Positions 61,447 through 64,000 of a DNA stretch of 64,000 nt are shown here, piece by piece. Numbering within the stretch: position 1 is the stretch's first letter; every line of letters starts with the position of its first letter. This DNA comes from Spartobacteria bacterium (lineage in GTDB: Bacteria; Verrucomicrobiota; Kiritimatiellia; RZYC01): NCBI GenBank assembly GCA_009930475.1, contig RZYC01000001.1, positions 96,410 through 160,409 on the forward strand, read 5' to 3'. The notes beneath the pieces were generated by a model that was not told where the DNA came from, ran no database searches, and saw only the letters and a program-made list of their open reading frames with translations. The position numbers and the translations under genes are program-made.

Positions 61447-62703
61447 ATGGGTATGAGTTCGAAAGCACCGAGTGACGCAGTTAAAATTATTGTTGTAGCA
61501 TTCCTTATTACGGGAAATCTTATTGGCGCAGGTATATTGGCGTTACCCGTAAATACCGGGCTGGCCGGTTTGATTCCTTCGTTAGTCGGAATGATTGCTA
61601 TCTGCGGTATGATGTATTTTTCCGCTGTGGTACTGGCCCGCGAAGCCAATACGTCGCGCCAGGAAAGTTTTAATTATCCAAGCCTGTATCACCAGCATCT
61701 GGGACGTGGCGGAAAATGGGTAGCTGTGCTGGCCAACCTGCTGATACTTTATGGTCTTCTTACAGCGTATCTAACTGGTGGTTCGACGATTATTACGCAA
61801 TTGTTCAACATTAAATCGCCCTTGTTTTCCGGGGTGATTATGCTGTTGCTGTTCTTTGTCGTCACTGGAGTTACCGTTTTGGGTGTAGGTTTAATCAAGA
61901 AATTCAATAGTTTGCTGATGGTACTGCTCTGGGGAAGTTTTTTTATTATCGTATTCATTGCCGGTAGGCATGTGGAAGTGCAGCGGCTTGCTTTTCATGA
62001 CTGGACCTTTCTGCCTGCAACGGTGCCCATTATCGTGACTTCGTTTCATTTTCATAATATTATACCAACGGTTTGTGCGGATATGAAATGGGATAGCAGG
62101 CTTGTTTCACGCGCTATGCTGCTTGGTATGATTATTGGTTTTGCCATGAATGCTATCTGGATCTTTGTGGGGGTCGGTGCGCTTCCGCTTACAGGGACTA
62201 TTAGTTTGGACGCAGCATATCATGCCAATATCCCGGCAACGGTTCCTCTTTCACAGATTATTGGATCAGGTGCATTTGTCGTGTTTGCCATGATTTTTGC
62301 ATTGATTGCTATTATGACTTCCTACGTGGCCAATGGGTTGGGACTTATGGGATTTATTCGGGATTTAACGGAGAATTTCCTGGGCACCAGGAATCCTGTG
62401 ATTGTCATTGCTCTGGCATTTGTTCCTCCGCTGATTGTATCTTATTTGTTCCCTGACATCTTTTTAAAGGCAATGAATCTCGTTGGTGGTGTGGGAATTG
62501 TCGTTTTGTTCGGAATCCTTCCCAGTTTAATATCATTCAAAAAGACGACGCGAAAACCGGTTAAGATATTCAGTGTCTGTATGTGTCTTCTTTTTAGTCT
62601 GTTCCTTCTTTTGGAGCTAGGACAGGAGTTCGGTTTACTGCACCTGAATCCCTCTGTAGAACACTGGACGGCACCTGTATCGCCGGATAAGCATTCGTTT
62701 TGA
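61447..62703 (+). CDS. Aromatic amino acid permease (Mtr/TnaB/TyrP, HAAAP family)
   Basis: N-terminal GNLIGAGILALP motif. Polytopic, 418 aa. Confidence 0.7.
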   Translation: MGMSSKAPSDAVKIIVVAFLITGNLIGAGILALPVNTGLAGLIPSLVGMIAICGMMYFSAVVLAREANTSRQESFNYPSLYHQHLGRGGKWVAVLANLLILYGLLTAYLTGGSTIITQLFNIKSPLFSGVIMLLLFFVVTGVTVLGVGLIKKFNSLLMVLLWGSFFIIVFIAGRHVEVQRLAFHDWTFLPATVPIIVTSFHFHNIIPTVCADMKWDSRLVSRAMLLGMIIGFAMNAIWIFVGVGALPLTGTISLDAAYHANIPATVPLSQIIGSGAFVVFAMIFALIAIMTSYVANGLGLMGFIRDLTENFLGTRNPVIVIALAFVPPLIVSYLFPDIFLKAMNLVGGVGIVVLFGILPSLISFKKTTRKPVKIFSVCMCLLFSLFLLLELGQEFGLLHLNPSVEHWTAPVSPDKHSF

Positions 62704-62734
62704 GTAGATAGACGCTTGTCTAAGCTTCGCACGA

Positions 62735-63640
62735 GTGATACTTTCTCGAAAACACTGGAGTTTACGCATCATGAAATGTTGGCATTATTTATGTTTATTC
62801 TTATTTGCACTTATATCGATGGGTGCTTCGGCCATGGAGGTCAATAACGAGCTTACAATGCTGGTTGTGCCTGCTCGGTATACTGTTATGCAACTTGCAT
62901 TTGATGTTAAGCATAGTTATCCGACCATGCTTGTTTCATACCAGAGTGATGTGGATGACCAGAAAACGGTGTTGCATGCATGGGATGGTAAGCAATGGGT
63001 TTACATCAGTATGAAAGATTATCAGGAAGGCCGGTTTTTTCGCCGTATGCCGACGAGAGTGATTATTGTTGGTAATAATGAAACGGTTCCGCCGGAGCTG
63101 ATTGATGGTCCTGCGTGGAGCACGACCGTGATGCGCATTCCGGTGATGGATACAGCCGGTGTTGTTAATGCGCTCGGTGCCATTTATGATTTTTACCCTT
63201 ATCAATATGAGTGGTTTGCCCGGCGGTATAACCTCGATATCATAAACATAGATGAGGCGGGTGGGAAAACCAGCTGGTATGATGGAACCATGATAAAAAA
63301 GTCGAAGTCAGACGGGCGTGTAACTAAAGTATACATTCCGCCTGAATCCCGTCAGAAAAAAGGCTCGCAATATGTGGAACAGATCAAGGCTGTAGAAGTG
63401 CCGGATATGATACTGGTTCAGCCGCGTCCGGAAAAAACGATCGAAGAAATCGAAATTTCAGCTCAACGCATGCCTGATGGCAGTGTGTATGTTGATGAAT
63501 TTGAAGCAGAAGAAACAGGCTCCGTGATGTCTCCATCAGGAGCTATCAGACCTGTTCAGGGCGAATTTATTTTAGAGGAAGAGACAATTATGGATGATGA
63601 TCCACAGTCACGCAGTGTTTTTAATGATGAGCAGTACTGA
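62735..63640 (+). CDS. Hypothetical secreted protein
   Basis: Signal-peptide-like MKCWHYLCLFLFALISMGASA and an acidic C-terminus. No known motif. Confidence 0.35.
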   Translation: MILSRKHWSLRIMKCWHYLCLFLFALISMGASAMEVNNELTMLVVPARYTVMQLAFDVKHSYPTMLVSYQSDVDDQKTVLHAWDGKQWVYISMKDYQEGRFFRRMPTRVIIVGNNETVPPELIDGPAWSTTVMRIPVMDTAGVVNALGAIYDFYPYQYEWFARRYNLDIINIDEAGGKTSWYDGTMIKKSKSDGRVTKVYIPPESRQKKGSQYVEQIKAVEVPDMILVQPRPEKTIEEIEISAQRMPDGSVYVDEFEAEETGSVMSPSGAIRPVQGEFILEEETIMDDDPQSRSVFNDEQY

Positions 63641-63668
63641 CCGCCGGTGCACGAGCAGGATATAGCTT

Positions 63669-64000
63669 ATGTTCAAAGCGGGAATACGTGTTGCGTTCTG
63701 TATATTTTCTGTATTTTTTTCGCTCACTCTGTGTGCAGATGCCGGACGAAAAATTCTAAAGCAGCCTAAAGCTGCCACATTACTCGTAAGTCGAAGTGGT
63801 ACCAGGGCATCTCTTCAGTGGAGAACGGTTCCAGGTTTACTTTATACAGTGATGTACGCGAAGGATCGCAGCACACAGTCGCAATGGAAGCCACACATGA
63901 AATGCACCCGAATTCCCGGTACAGGCGAAACGTTTACGATGACAGATGTTATTCCACTGGGAGTGGATCGCGTCTATCGCCTGCAAATCGAACCCTATTC
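63669..64000 (+). CDS. Hypothetical exported protein (3' partial; runs off the window)
   Basis: ATG at 63669, with no stop before the window end. Signal-like N-terminus MFKAGIRVAFCIFSVFFSLTLCADA. Confidence 0.35.
   Translation, partial: MFKAGIRVAFCIFSVFFSLTLCADAGRKILKQPKAATLLVSRSGTRASLQWRTVPGLLYTVMYAKDRSTQSQWKPHMKCTRIPGTGETFTMTDVIPLGVDRVYRLQIEPY

Noticed and set aside
1-64000. tRNA, rRNA and CRISPR search
   Set aside because: I found no T-loop (GGTTCGANTCC)-type cloverleaf candidates in intergenic regions. I found no rRNA-like segments and no direct-repeat/spacer arrays. The only arrays are the irregularly spaced P1 palindromes.

Overview
This 64 kb window is a chromosomal segment from a Gram-negative bacterium that appears to span the replication origin. 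The phylum is not resolved: an RNase Y–YmdB pair and roughly 330-aa IS200-like HUH proteins suggest a PVC-superphylum-type lineage, but that is only a guess. dnaA (44469..45857) and dnaN (46181..47281) sit where gene orientation switches strand (33.2–44.2 kb all on the minus strand, 44.5–50.9 kb all on the plus strand), with AT-rich intergenic DNA around dnaA. The first 32 kb are mostly housekeeping and envelope genes: an rny-ymdB-xseA-xseB-ruvA cluster, an LPS/Kdo cluster (murJ, GT2, GT9 heptosyltransferase, lpxK, kdsB, heptose kinase), trmB, rpsU, an RRM RNA-binding protein, sugar kinases and isomerases, a B12-radical-SAM protein and a U32 peptidase. Next comes a carbohydrate locus (GH13 enzyme, a large PAS/HAMP chemoreceptor and a four-gene sugar ABC importer), followed by origin-proximal genes (M24 aminopeptidase, dnaA, dnaN, a GT4 glycosyltransferase, an SNF transporter, a Can-like carbonic anhydrase, a class II photolyase, a LacI regulator, DUF1015, pheS/pheT and an aromatic amino-acid permease). 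I could find no rRNA, tRNA or CRISPR by eye. Four things stand out. (1) Three diverged paralogs (about 55–65% identity) of a roughly 330-aa IS200-like HUH/Y1 protein are scattered as single genes without IS ends. (2) A perfect 23-bp palindrome, AAAGTTCCAATCATTGGAACTTT, occurs in tandem arrays of 2–3 copies at three loci, resembling REP/BIME elements. Together, (1) and (2) are the best candidate for an undescribed REP/RAYT-like repeat system in this lineage. (3) A roughly 40-bp directional promoter-like module (TAATTAATCAGACTTACTATA, then an AT tract, then GCTTGACA) recurs at five loci. (4) A GCGCAWACGTWTGCGC palindrome of LacI-operator type lies upstream of both the sugar ABC operon and the lacI-family gene itself. 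Other observations include a remnant SNF-transporter N-terminus beside the photolyase gene, a fragmented adhesin pseudogene, and a thioredoxin/TPR gene inserted between pheS and pheT. All functional calls are from motif recognition by eye; none were confirmed by database search.
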